Virus record (IMG/VR): IMGVR_UViG_3300020047_004811
Location: 1-64,000 of that record
Source of the DNA: a virus
Taxonomy: Duplodnaviria; Caudoviricetes
Strand: one strand, 5' to 3'
Length of the DNA: 64,000 nucleotides
Shown piece after piece: positions 38,495 through 49,099 of the stretch. The position numbers were made by a program, and so were the translations under genes. Every line of letters starts with the position of its first letter. Positions within the stretch are counted from its first letter, which is position 1. Under the pieces are notes generated by a model. That model did not search any database. It had not been told where the DNA came from and was given only the letters and a program-made list of their open reading frames with translations.

Positions 38495-39114
38495 TGACCG
38501 AGATTGACATTACCCAAGAACCTAGATCAAAAAACTTTAAGGATAGAAGTGGAGAAATAGTATCTAAATTAAAGATAATTAAACTCCATAAAATTGTAAA
38601 AGTGCTGGAGTATAAAAAACCGGACGGGTCTCCCAGAACTAAAGTTTATTGGGAATGTCAATGTGATTGTGGTAATATTTGTATTAAGGGGAATGACGTT
38701 CTAAATAACCGAAAACGGAATTTCAGTTGCGGGTGTTTTAGAAAACAAAGAATTACTCAAACAAAATTAAAGCCTGAAAATCACAGAGAAAATATACTAG
38801 TCCAAACTATGGCTAGATATAGAATTGAAGCAAAAAATAGAAACTATTCTTTTAATTTATCTAAAGATGAATTTATTGATGTAATAAACAAACCATGTTT
38901 TTATTGTGCAACAGAAAACTCACAATTTGTAACACACCCGATCACGAAAGAAAAACATTGGTTTAGTGGAATAGATCGCATTGACAACCGCGCTGGATAT
39001 GAGTATAATAATATAGTCCCGTGTTGTAAGAAATGTAACACTAAGAAAAATAGTATAGACCCAGAAATGGTAGTCAAACTTTATAATTTGCTGAAAGAGA
39101 AAGGTATCATTTAA
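38494..39114 (+). CDS. free-standing HNH-type homing endonuclease
   Basis: WECQCDCGN, SCGC, PCFYC, GIDRIDNRAGYEYNNIVPCCKKCN..K. Confidence 0.82.
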   Translation: MTEIDITQEPRSKNFKDRSGEIVSKLKIIKLHKIVKVLEYKKPDGSPRTKVYWECQCDCGNICIKGNDVLNNRKRNFSCGCFRKQRITQTKLKPENHRENILVQTMARYRIEAKNRNYSFNLSKDEFIDVINKPCFYCATENSQFVTHPITKEKHWFSGIDRIDNRAGYEYNNIVPCCKKCNTKKNSIDPEMVVKLYNLLKEKGII

Positions 39115-41009
39115 TGTCCAAATTGATTTACGGGAAAAATGATTTAGAAAGAATCGTTTCGATTGAAATATCAGACGATACCGCTACCCTGTTTAGGGAA
39201 CTAGAAGATGGCACTTTAGATATCAAAAAAGTTCCTAATAAATTTTGGATTCTTGGTTCTAGACAATTCGATAAAAGTTGGATTAGACTAGAAGGAGAAC
39301 AACATTTTAAATGGGGTAAGCAATTTTCTAAATATTCCGATTGGGCAGAAACCAAAAAATCATTACCATTTCAAGAAATTTACACAGTTAGTAATCAGGT
39401 AGAAGCGTTTCAAATTAAAGACGGGTATACTTTATTTAAAGGAATGAAACACAACGAACCTAGTATTCTTTCTTTCGATATCGAGACAACCGGATTGGAC
39501 CATAATGCAGATTCAAAGGTTATTCTGATTTCTAATACTTTTAGAAAATTAGGAAAAATAACAAGAAAGTTATTTTGCTATAGTGATTATTCAAATTGTG
39601 CGAAAATGATCGACGACTGGGCTAGTTGGGTAAGAATGATGGACCCCAGCATTATGTGTTTTCATAATGGTTACGCTTACGATTTACCATATCTTAACTA
39701 CTGTCACGCTAAATATAGCGATGAGCCTATTATTCTCGGAAGATGTGACAAACCTATCTACTTCAGTAAATATGAATCTAAATATCGAGTTGATGGTAGC
39801 CGGGACCTTCATTATTTTAAATGTCAAATCTACGGACGAGAACTAGTCGATACAATGTTCCTATCCTATAAATATGATGCTGTAGAGAAGAAATACGAGT
39901 CATACGGTCTGAAAAAGATTATTGCTCAGGAAGGACTTGAGAAAGCCGGACGGACATTCTACGATGCATCGCTAATCAGAACAAACTATACAGACCCAGT
40001 TGAACTGGAAAAGATTAAACAATATGCGGAAGAAGATGGCGACGATGCTCTGGCTTTGTATGATCTTATGGTTGCTCCTACCTTTTATCTTACCCAATCA
40101 ATTCCTAAACCATTCCAGCTTGTTGTTGAGTCTGCCACCGGCTCTCAGATTAACTCTCTTCTTGTCCGTGCTTATTTACAAGATAAACACAGCGTCGCAA
40201 AAGCCGACAATCTAGATGAAGAAAAGGTTGAGGGGGGAATTTCCTTTGCAGTCCCGGGAATCTATAATAACGTATTCAAGATTGATATTAAGTCTTGTTA
40301 CCCATCTCAAATTCTAAGGTTCAAACTTTATGAAGAACGTAAAGACCCAAACGCATATTACTACAAACTCGTCGAGCACTTCACCCTCCAACGATTTGAG
40401 TACAAAAAACAAATGCTCGCAACCGGCGACAACTATTGGAAAAATCTGGACGCTATGGCTAAAATCTTTATTAATAGTAGCTACGGTGTGGCTAATACCA
40501 GCGGGCTTAACTATAACTCAGCCGCTATCGCCAGGAAAATTACCATTGAGTCTCGCGCTATTATTGACATGTCTCTTAGGTGGGCTTCTGGTAGTGGGTA
40601 TAGGACTTGGGCTACTAAATTTTATGATGCTATTGGAGAAAAAGAAGAAGACCGAGTCTACTTGTCGTTGCCGGAATCGCCGCTGGCAATAAAATATCAC
40701 CACGACTTCATAATCGCACCGTCAGATACAGATTCTATTTCGTTCTGTAAACCAGACATGGCTCCATTCAGCCCAGAAGAGATCAAAACTCTACTAGGAG
40801 AGATTAATGAGCAATCCCCTGACAAAGTCCTGTGGGAAGACGATGGCGTCTATAAAACGATTATAGCCCTTAAAGCTAAGAACTATGTTCTACTTAAAAA
40901 CAATGGAAAATTAACAACTAAAGGTAGTGCATTAAAGGGTGGAGTTAAGTGTCCAGCTCTTAAAAAATTCATGAAAGAGGTTGTTGATGTCTTGCTCGAA
41001 ACTGAATAG
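39114..41009 (+). CDS. polB: family B DNA polymerase, N-terminal fragment (exo, palm, fingers)
   Basis: SFDIETTG, HNGYAYDLPYL, DIKSCYPS, KIFINSSYG, SDTDSI, KNYVL, KG. Confidence 0.92.
   Translation: MSKLIYGKNDLERIVSIEISDDTATLFRELEDGTLDIKKVPNKFWILGSRQFDKSWIRLEGEQHFKWGKQFSKYSDWAETKKSLPFQEIYTVSNQVEAFQIKDGYTLFKGMKHNEPSILSFDIETTGLDHNADSKVILISNTFRKLGKITRKLFCYSDYSNCAKMIDDWASWVRMMDPSIMCFHNGYAYDLPYLNYCHAKYSDEPIILGRCDKPIYFSKYESKYRVDGSRDLHYFKCQIYGRELVDTMFLSYKYDAVEKKYESYGLKKIIAQEGLEKAGRTFYDASLIRTNYTDPVELEKIKQYAEEDGDDALALYDLMVAPTFYLTQSIPKPFQLVVESATGSQINSLLVRAYLQDKHSVAKADNLDEEKVEGGISFAVPGIYNNVFKIDIKSCYPSQILRFKLYEERKDPNAYYYKLVEHFTLQRFEYKKQMLATGDNYWKNLDAMAKIFINSSYGVANTSGLNYNSAAIARKITIESRAIIDMSLRWASGSGYRTWATKFYDAIGEKEEDRVYLSLPESPLAIKYHHDFIIAPSDTDSISFCKPDMAPFSPEEIKTLLGEINEQSPDKVLWEDDGVYKTIIALKAKNYVLLKNNGKLTTKGSALKGGVKCPALKKFMKEVVDVLLETE
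40911..40919 (+). promoter_or_regulatory. TTAACAACT putative late promoter inside the polB coding sequence
   Basis: About 70 nt upstream of the GIY-YIG start. Confidence 0.5.
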
Positions 41010-41766
41010 TTTTATAGTATATAAGGTTACTTCTCCAAGTGGTGGAATTTACATAGGAATTACATCTCAAGGATTAGAAAAAAGAAAACAAGATCATTTT
41101 TATGAGGCAAAAACTCATAAAACAAACAGAAAATTCCATAATGCTTTAAATAAGTATAAAGATAAATTAATCTGGGAAATAATCAAAACTCAATTAAGTA
41201 AAAAATTAGCTCAAAAATATGAAGAGTACTATATAAAAAAATATAACACTCAAAAATTGGGCTATAATATTACATCAGGAGGAGAATGTAATTTAGGTAG
41301 AGTAATGACTGAAGAACAAAAATCAGTTTTATCTAGAATATCTAAAAAACAATTTAAAGATCGCCCAGAACTAAGAAAAAATATGTCTGATATTCAAAAG
41401 AAAAGACTTTCTGATCCGAATGAGAATAAAAAGCATAGACAATTGATGAAAAAGACTCATGGAACCAAGGAAGCTCGACTTAGAAATTCTAGAATTCAAG
41501 GAGGAAAACCATTCAATGTCTATAATTTTATAACTAAAGAATTTGTCAAAACATATGAAATTATAACTGACGCTAATAATGAACTAGGTCTTCCAAATGG
41601 AAAAGTTTCATGGTGTCTATCAGGAAAGAGAAATCATTGTAAAACTTATATATTCAAATATATTGACGACCCAACAGTTGACGGTATAAAATACAATCAT
41701 ATCTGGGATAAAAAAATAAAGAGGATGCCAAATGGGACTAACAGAAAAAAAGAAAGAAAAGCTTAA
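40987..41766 (+). CDS. GIY-YIG (Seg-like) homing endonuclease with NUMOD-type C-terminal domains
   Basis: IVYKVTSPSGGIYIGIT..LEKRKQDH, E..YI..YNT..GYN; SD AGAGG. Confidence 0.88.
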   Translation: MSCSKLNSFIVYKVTSPSGGIYIGITSQGLEKRKQDHFYEAKTHKTNRKFHNALNKYKDKLIWEIIKTQLSKKLAQKYEEYYIKKYNTQKLGYNITSGGECNLGRVMTEEQKSVLSRISKKQFKDRPELRKNMSDIQKKRLSDPNENKKHRQLMKKTHGTKEARLRNSRIQGGKPFNVYNFITKEFVKTYEIITDANNELGLPNGKVSWCLSGKRNHCKTYIFKYIDDPTVDGIKYNHIWDKKIKRMPNGTNRKKERKA

Positions 41767-42139
41767 AGAATTATATGAGACATATGTTAATGAAATTATG
41801 ACTTTGCAAGATATCAAACCATGGTGTACAAGAAAAACATTATCTAGTACTATGCAGGAATCGGATCGAACTAATGAAACTAAAGTGATGACAGCACTAG
41901 AGGGTTCTGACTATAGAGAAGGTGACAGATTTTACACTTACTACAAAGAAGACGACTCTATAGGATTAGCTGAAAACTTCAATCACGACCACAATAGAAT
42001 GAGATTACTAAAGAATCTATACGACAGCAGTGCTATTTTTTCAACTGTAATCCCATCTAAAGAACTATTCCCAAACTATAGTTTAAAAAAGAACTATAAG
42101 ATTCTTCTTGACAAATACTCCCCATCTCCTGTAAGTTAA
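41732..42139 (+). CDS. probable polB C-terminal (thumb) fragment
   Basis: Position after the insertion; own SD GAGGA; CTRKTLS and YREGDRFYTYY resemble polB thumb segments. Confidence 0.65.
   Translation: MGLTEKKKEKLKELYETYVNEIMTLQDIKPWCTRKTLSSTMQESDRTNETKVMTALEGSDYREGDRFYTYYKEDDSIGLAENFNHDHNRMRLLKNLYDSSAIFSTVIPSKELFPNYSLKKNYKILLDKYSPSPVS
42108..42137 (+). promoter_or_regulatory. sigma70-like promoter
   Basis: TTGACA-N18-TAAGTT. Confidence 0.6.
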
Positions 42140-42143
42140 TCTT

Positions 42144-42208
42144 AGCCGGGGGGTAAGTCGGAAATCCCAGCAAGTGCACTGTATGGCTTTCGGTCTCCCG
42201 GCTCCCTA
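42144..42208 (+). ncRNA. small structured RNA or leader
   Basis: 10-bp closing helix AGCCGGGGGG/TCTCCCGGCT, inner AAGTC/GGCTT, two small hairpins; begins at predicted TSS. Confidence 0.55.
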
Positions 42209-42953
42209 TAAGGATTATATGCAAGAAAAACTATATTACACGATCTGCGGCTGTCTTCTAAGTTTAGCAAACATAGCTCTAATCGAGACTAGGTTTAATA
42301 TAGTAGGCTTGGGATTTGGTATTCTCGGGGCTATTCTTATTATCAAAGCCATATTAATCCGACCTAAAAAATAATATGAGTGATAAATATTTAAATCGTA
42401 AAAAGAAAATATTTGGAAGCAAAGGTTTTTGTTGTGAAATGGATTCTGGGCCTTATAATAAATACGTAAAGAATAATAAAGGTAATAAACGACTTAGGCG
42501 ACTTTTAAAACATTTAAATAGAATTGAACTAAAAGATCATGAAGATTAAAGAAGACTTTCAACAAATGACAGCATATGAACGACGAAAGTTACAAGTAGA
42601 CTTTCTGCGATTTATAGCAACGCTAGGGGCTCCATTTATGATTATCCTACTCGGACATCTAGCTAAAACAATCTTGGGGTGGTAATGAAGTATCTGCTAA
42701 TTTTTTTTCTTTCTTTTTCAGTTCAAGCTCAAAATCTTGGAGACATTGATCCGGACTACGACACAACCAAATACGATTACATGTATAAGAATAATAACGA
42801 AACTTATATCTGTGAAACTCTAACTAGAACTATGCACGGCGGCTACCTATTAATTGATTGTGAGCACACATTAAGTAGAAATAAAGTTCCTGAGATGATC
42901 CCAGATCACGACTCTATACTCACTCTAGTTCCAGATAATACAAAAGGTTAATC

Positions 42954-43937
42954 ATGGGTAAGCTTCGTCTCAAATCTAAAACTAAGCTCGCTGAAATGCC
43001 TCTTGACGCCGATCTTGGGGAATCCGATTTCTCAGCCCTTACAAATGATGGTGTATTTTGCCAGTTTGAATATATCGAAGACGAGGAAGAAATCGTCGGA
43101 GAAACTGCTCGCCCGGGTATATTCAGCATTGTCAAAACTATGTCAGGACTTGCGTTAGAAAAGACGTCTTTCACCGCCGACGATGTTCTTAAAGATTTTG
43201 TAAACACTAAAGAAGTTACAGATAAGATTGAACGATTCTTCAAAGCTATCCCTAAATATGAGAAATATGGTATATTCCCAAAGCGTGGAGCCCTTTTGTT
43301 CGGACCAGCAGGAACAGGCAAGACAACTATTATAGCCGAAACCTGTCGAAAACATCAAGCAGACGGAGACACGTTTACCCTACTCTGGCATACAGATAAG
43401 ATTGAAGCCGGGGATGTAAAAGACTTTATCAAGCATCTTCAGTATGAAGGCGTAAATAAAATGATCCTAGTTGCAGAAGATATCGGAGGAATTGAAATTG
43501 ACCAAGCCAAAATTCGATCTGAGTCGGCGTTACTCAGTCTACTCGACAACCAAGAACAAACCTTCAAGATTCCTACCTACATCCTTTCAACTACAAATTA
43601 CCCAGAAAACTTCATGGGAAATCTAACGAATCGTCCTAATCGGTTTGATGACAAAATTAGGGTTGGATATCCCAAAGGCTCTGCTAGACAAGAACTCCTA
43701 AAGTTCTACGATAAAGAGAATTTAGTTGACGAAGCTGCTCTTACTCTGGTAGGATCAAAAAAGTGCGACGAGTTTAGTCCAGCCCACTTACGGGAAGTGA
43801 TTATCCGAAGTGCAATATACGATCAAAAACCATCGGAAACGATCCGGGCTATGATTAAAGAGATTGAGGAATATTCCAGAGCCTTTGCTGAGAAGGGAAA
43901 TCAACGCGGCGGGCTTGTACAATTTGAGGATGATTAA
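42954..43937 (+). CDS. AAA+ ATPase
   Basis: LLFGPAGTGKT, VAEDI, TTNYPE, RPNRFD. Confidence 0.88.
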   Translation: MGKLRLKSKTKLAEMPLDADLGESDFSALTNDGVFCQFEYIEDEEEIVGETARPGIFSIVKTMSGLALEKTSFTADDVLKDFVNTKEVTDKIERFFKAIPKYEKYGIFPKRGALLFGPAGTGKTTIIAETCRKHQADGDTFTLLWHTDKIEAGDVKDFIKHLQYEGVNKMILVAEDIGGIEIDQAKIRSESALLSLLDNQEQTFKIPTYILSTTNYPENFMGNLTNRPNRFDDKIRVGYPKGSARQELLKFYDKENLVDEAALTLVGSKKCDEFSPAHLREVIIRSAIYDQKPSETIRAMIKEIEEYSRAFAEKGNQRGGLVQFEDD

Positions 43938-44621
43938 ATGAAAAGAAGTGAAGCTTTTATTGCACTTGAAAAAATGATAGATGACGCGCGAAATACTGAA
44001 GAAACATCAAGACAGATAGCAATTGATCTCATTGGCAAACTCGAAGAACTTGGAATGCAGCCACCGGCTATAAAAGAACCTTGTGAGACATTTGTCCTAC
44101 ATCAAGGTAGATATGTCAAAACTGAAGATAGCTTTATGTTTACACATAAATGGGATGAAGAATGACGCGTAGCGAAATGCTTTATATATTATCAAATTCT
44201 GTATACAAAAACGTCGTTGGAGATAGCCACGATTTTGATACGGTTTTGCATGATTTAGAAAAAGCTGGAATGCTTCCTCCTCGCAAACCAAACGGATGCT
44301 GTTTTGAAATGATTTCAGAAGACTATGAATGGGAGCCGGAAGATGTCGCTTCTGAAGAAGGCTCCAATGAGTAACGTCCGGAGTATGGTCAGCCGACGTA
44401 AAATTAAGGCCTTAGATAAAGACATCGCAGAACTTACAGAAGTAACAACTATACTTAAGACGGCCATGCAAGGCCTGAGTAAATATAATCACTATAGTAA
44501 TATTAGGAACCGAGTTAACGATATGTTTGTTTTCTATAATGAAATCAAAATGAACAAAAACAAGAAACTCGAAATTTTAGAAAGGCTAAAGAATGAGCAG
44601 AATCAAGAAATGGACGACTGA
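43938..44621 (+). other. three small hypothetical ORFs
   Basis: ORF track (43938-44165, 44162-44374, ORF ending 44621). Confidence 0.55.
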
Positions 44622-45540
44622 GGATATCGAGCGCCTTACCTCCCTAAAAATGGACGGGAAGACTTGGGCGGAGATTGCCACAGCAATGGGGCTACAAAGT
44701 GCAAATATGGCCCGTAAAGCGTTTTATCGATACAATAGAGATGATGCTAAGCCTAGAGGTCAAAAGACTGCCCCTAAGATTCTAATTCTAGATATAGAAA
44801 CAGCTCCAATGGAGGTATTTGCTTGGGGCTTATTCGACCAAAACATCGGACTAGAGATGGTCAAACAGCATACTACAGTGTTGTCTTGGTCGGCAAAGTG
44901 GCGGGGTGATGATAAGGTTATGTACCGCGATCTCCGTAACTCTAAGGATGTCCGGGACGATAAAGAACTCGTTCGAGTTATCAGGGATTTATTAGACGAC
45001 GCGGATATAATCCTAACACAAAACGGTAAAAAATTTGATGTAAAGAAACTCAATTACCGAATGCTTGTCCACGGAATTAAACCTCCTAGCTCATACCAAC
45101 ACATAGATACTCTTCGTATTGCTAAAAGTAAGTTTGGCTTTGATTCAAACAAACTAGCGCACATGACGGAACTGTTATGTAAAAAACATAAAAAGCTTAG
45201 CCATAAAAAGTTTCCCGGCTTTGAACTCTGGAAAGCCTGCTTGTCAGATAATCCAGAAGCTTGGAAAGAAATGCAAGAATATAATCAAGTGGATGTGCTC
45301 TCCCTAGAAGAACTATACTTCGATCATTTTGCAGCTTGGGATAATAGCCTAAATTTTGTAGCTTGGTCCGACGACTATAAATTCCGTTGTAACTGTGGAA
45401 ACGATAAGTTTAAACCTAGCGGATTCCATGTCACAAAACGATCTAAGTTCCAGAAACATACTTGTACAGTCTGTGGAAAAGAACATAGAGACTCAGAGAA
45501 TTTGTTTAGCAAAGAACGCAAAAAGGAACTCAAGGTATAA
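44593..45540 (+). CDS. HTH plus RNase H-like (YprB/DnaQ-type) exonuclease with C-terminal Zn ribbon
   Basis: N-terminal HTH; ILDIETAP, NGKKFD, YNQVDV; CNCG..CTVCG. Confidence 0.8.
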   Translation: MSRIKKWTTEDIERLTSLKMDGKTWAEIATAMGLQSANMARKAFYRYNRDDAKPRGQKTAPKILILDIETAPMEVFAWGLFDQNIGLEMVKQHTTVLSWSAKWRGDDKVMYRDLRNSKDVRDDKELVRVIRDLLDDADIILTQNGKKFDVKKLNYRMLVHGIKPPSSYQHIDTLRIAKSKFGFDSNKLAHMTELLCKKHKKLSHKKFPGFELWKACLSDNPEAWKEMQEYNQVDVLSLEELYFDHFAAWDNSLNFVAWSDDYKFRCNCGNDKFKPSGFHVTKRSKFQKHTCTVCGKEHRDSENLFSKERKKELKV

Positions 45541-45543
45541 TTC

Positions 45544-45876
45544 ATGGTTGTTACATTAAATATCAAAGGTCGTGACTGGAGCTTTCATCTCCTTACCGAC
45601 CGAAGATTTGACAAACTACACAATGAAGACGGGGCAGTTAGGGCGGCGGTAACTATGCCTAACCAGTATACTGCCCATTTTAAAAAATCAGACTGGTGTA
45701 TTAAGGACATCCGTCATGAGCTTGGACATGTTTTATATTCTATGACCTTAACGAGCACGAGTGACTTGACTCCAGATCAAGTAGAAGAAACTATGTGTGA
45801 AATTATAGCTGAGCACTCCCCAGAAATTATACTATGGGCAGACATGATCGCAGAAAAATTCTTCGGGAGAGAGTGA
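45544..45876 (+). CDS. small HExxH-containing protein
   Basis: IRHELGHVL. Confidence 0.55.
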   Translation: MVVTLNIKGRDWSFHLLTDRRFDKLHNEDGAVRAAVTMPNQYTAHFKKSDWCIKDIRHELGHVLYSMTLTSTSDLTPDQVEETMCEIIAEHSPEIILWADMIAEKFFGRE

Positions 45877-45962
45877 TGGAACCATGGCAAATAGTCCTGT
45901 ATATTGTTGGAGTCTTAGTTGTAGTTGGAATGATCGTGGAATATCTTTTTTCAGAATAATGC

Positions 45963-45991
45963 TTGACAAATTCACAGTTTTAGTATAATAT
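45963..45991 (+). promoter_or_regulatory. sigma70-like promoter
   Basis: TTGACA-N17-TAATAT. Confidence 0.6.
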
Positions 45992-46010
45992 GTTTTCTAT
46001 AGGAGAATCG

Positions 46011-46781
46011 ATGACGATAATTGCTCTGTCGGGTAAAGCTGGATGCGGAAAAGACACGTTCTCAGATGTATTAGTGGGTAGATATGGTTTCACTAAAGTT
46101 TCAATTGCTGACCCTCTCCGTAATTTGTGCGCTCGCGTCTTTCATGTTGATCCAACAATTTTTGTGGACAGAGATAAGAAAGATGCAGACATGCAAAGAA
46201 TCTACCTCGATTTTCACGACATTGACACAATTCGCTACATTGTAGAATCTGAATGGGGCTATGAAATTAAAGAAGACGCTAGGAATGCAATGGAAGAATT
46301 CCATGGAACCGAGCTTAATACTCCACGGGACATACTCAGATGTGTAGGGAACATGCTAAGAGAAGCTGTATATGAAAACATATGGATCGAATTGGCAGCC
46401 GCGAAGATTAAAGAATCTAAAGGTCGAATCGTAATCACAGACTGTAGGTTTGGTAATGAGCGAGACTTTTTTGGAAAGCTAGGGGCTATTCTAATCAGAA
46501 TTAAGCGGAATGACAATGGTGAGACTGCAGAGCATGAATTTAACTTAGGGGACGACGATGAATACGACGTTATCTTCACAAACGATTCCACTCTCCATGC
46601 ATATAAATCATCAATTGACATGTGGTTTAGCACAAAGGAAGCCGAGTTCGCTTACTATAAAGTTTGGAAATATGATGCTACAACTATCAGTGCAAATGTT
46701 TCCCTAACGTCAGAAATGCTAGATGAGGCTGGAGCTTTAGCCTATAATAGTTTCGGGAATACATATAAAGGAAAACTATGA
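46011..46781 (+). CDS. deoxynucleoside monophosphate kinase
   Basis: IALSGKAGCGKDT, SIADPLR, TPRDIL, VITDCRFGNE. Confidence 0.88.
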   Translation: MTIIALSGKAGCGKDTFSDVLVGRYGFTKVSIADPLRNLCARVFHVDPTIFVDRDKKDADMQRIYLDFHDIDTIRYIVESEWGYEIKEDARNAMEEFHGTELNTPRDILRCVGNMLREAVYENIWIELAAAKIKESKGRIVITDCRFGNERDFFGKLGAILIRIKRNDNGETAEHEFNLGDDDEYDVIFTNDSTLHAYKSSIDMWFSTKEAEFAYYKVWKYDATTISANVSLTSEMLDEAGALAYNSFGNTYKGKL

Positions 46782-47054
46782 GTAAAACATATTATGAGAT
46801 TCATGCAGACGGCGTGAAAGAAATTAGTCAAGAAGAAATGGATAAACTTATAGCTATGGGAGCAGACCTGATGGTTAATGATTGTCCGTTTTGTCCTATA
46901 GATAATCCTTGTAATCAACCACATTGTCCTTATACGAAAGAGAAAAAATAATGGCTGCGCTACTCCTACATCTAAAAGTCTCCCCACTAATAGCACTATC
47001 TCTAGGATTTACAGTAGACCTACTCATTGGCTATACCATTGCAATGTCACTAAA

Positions 47055-47097
47055 GAATATCCTATAATTTAACAACTTCTAGTATAGAAGGATATTC
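47055..47097 (+). promoter_or_regulatory. TTAACAACT (47069-47077) putative late promoter within an RBS-occluding hairpin
   Basis: GAATATCCT(47055-47063) pairs with AGGATATTC(47089-47097). Confidence 0.75.
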
Positions 47098-47098
47098 A

Positions 47099-47683
47099 AT
47101 GAAGAGAAAGACTGACAGTTTTGATATTTCCAAGGCAATTAGACACGAATCCTACACCAGCCCATCTGGCAATAAGCAAAAAGTTTATATATTCAATTGT
47201 TTAGACTGCAAGTGTGAATTTGGTAAAACTGCATACTATGCCAAAAATTGCACAGGGTACTGTAAGTTTTGCGCACCAAAATACACTCACAGTAAGGAAG
47301 TTATAGATTTTGAAGAAAAAGAATGTAATAAATGTAATTTTATTAAGAAAAAAGAAGAGTTTTCATTCACAGCAACTAAAAAACATAAAAAACAAACCTG
47401 TATACAATGTATTAATTTGCTTTCTAACTTTGGAATTACAAGTAAAGAATATACCGAAATGTTAGAATCTCAAAACGGAAAATGTGCAATTTGTAATAAT
47501 CCTGAATCGCACACCCACCAAAACGGAAAAATTTCAAATTTAGCGGTAGATCATTGTCATAAAACCGGCAAAATTAGAGGATTACTTTGCTCTAATTGTA
47601 ATATAGGTCTAGGAAATTTAAAAGATGACAAAAAAATACTAATTTCCGCAATTAATTATTTGGAGAAAAATAATGAAAGTTAA
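47099..47683 (+). CDS. endonuclease VII-like homing endonuclease
   Basis: QNGKCAIC, LAVDHCHKTGKIRGLLCSNCNIGLG. Confidence 0.88.
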   Translation: MKRKTDSFDISKAIRHESYTSPSGNKQKVYIFNCLDCKCEFGKTAYYAKNCTGYCKFCAPKYTHSKEVIDFEEKECNKCNFIKKKEEFSFTATKKHKKQTCIQCINLLSNFGITSKEYTEMLESQNGKCAICNNPESHTHQNGKISNLAVDHCHKTGKIRGLLCSNCNIGLGNLKDDKKILISAINYLEKNNES

Positions 47684-48098
47684 GATTAAAAAACTAAGCG
47701 AGAACTCTGTAATCCCCAAATATCAAACCGCCGGAGCAGCAGGCTTTGATTTTCACGCTATCGAAAAAGTATTTCTTATGCCTGGAGACTCAGCTATGGT
47801 AGGCACAGGACTCTCTGTAGAGCTTCCTGCAGGCTTTGAGCTACAGATTCGACCTAGATCAGGAATGTCTGCTAAAACCAAGATTAGAGTTAGTAATTCG
47901 CCGGGAACAATTGACGAAGATTTCAGAGGAGAAATAAAGATTTTACTTGACAACACGGGAGTTACTCCTTATACTGTCAATATTGGAGATAGAATTGCTC
48001 AAGGTGTATTGTCTCAAGTTCCTAGGGCAGAGTTTGTAGAAGGTGAGCTGACAGATACAGAGCGAGGTGCCGGTGGATTCGGATCAAGCGGAAGATAA
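47673..48098 (+). CDS. dut: trimeric dUTPase
   Basis: AGFD, RPRSG, NSPGTIDEDFRGE, RIAQG, RGAGGFGSSG. Confidence 0.95.
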   Translation: MKVKIKKLSENSVIPKYQTAGAAGFDFHAIEKVFLMPGDSAMVGTGLSVELPAGFELQIRPRSGMSAKTKIRVSNSPGTIDEDFRGEIKILLDNTGVTPYTVNIGDRIAQGVLSQVPRAEFVEGELTDTERGAGGFGSSGR

Positions 48099-48214
48099 AT
48101 GTGTAAACTATGCTACATATAAAATATATTGTAGTGGTTGCAAAAATTGTATGCCGGATTTATATAAAAACCTAGAAAATCTTATTCTATATGGTACTAA
48201 GCTAAAGGAAATAA

Positions 48215-49099
48215 ATGGCGCGACCGAGCGACAAGGAGTACAAGCTTCTTCAAAAGGTAAAAGACTTAGAACAACAAGTCGAAAAGTTAAACAAAGAAAA
48301 CGCACAACTAGAAAAGAGATTAAACAAGGAACCTAAGATAGAGAAAACAAAAGTCGTAAAACATCAGGGAGGCTGTCCATCGTGTCAAGCTCCGATTAAA
48401 GTTACTGACTTGCCGTTTGGAAAGCTTAGGATTTGTTCAGCGGCCTGTGGGTGGAAAATCGTAGATAAGGATAAAGTATGACACTAATTAAATTAACAAG
48501 TATCAAAGATAGAAAACTACTTATTGATATTAGAAGTATTGATTCTATACAAGACAACAAAGATTGTAGAGAAATAACACTACGCACAGCAACAAGTAGT
48601 CATTCATATTACGTAAAAGAAACAATCGACGAGATCGAAGCAATCCAAGCAGACCTTAGGTCTTTGAGATGCTTTCATTTCTCGCTTTTAGGATAAACAA
48701 TGATAAGTGATAATGAAACAATTGAAGATCACAACGAAGGTTGGAAGATAAGACGATCGCATCTAATCGACGAGCAGTATATCTATGAATTCTGGCATAA
48801 ACCACTAGATAAAGTACTACCTTTTGGTAGATATGTAAAGTATGTTCAAGAGGGTGATGATATTATAGTAATAGAAGATGGACCTTATCTGGGGGATAGA
48901 AATGATTAAATATTTTTTGACGATGTTCAGTGTAATAACAATAGTTTATTTAATAATTAGTGGGATTGGAACATTAACTAAACCGTTTATGGAATGGACT
49001 TTTCAATTTCCAACCATGATTGGTTGTTTTGTATGGTTATCTCCATTTATTATATTGATTTCATTAATACTAGCATATGTATTGAAAAAGAATGAATAA
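48215..49099 (+). other. four small hypothetical ORFs
   Basis: ORF track. Confidence 0.55.

Noticed and set aside
40950-41780. Group I intron or intein in polB
   Set aside because: The whole interval is coding, AT-rich and overlaps both flanking ORFs; no P7 or 3' omega-G context; fragments are not in one frame.
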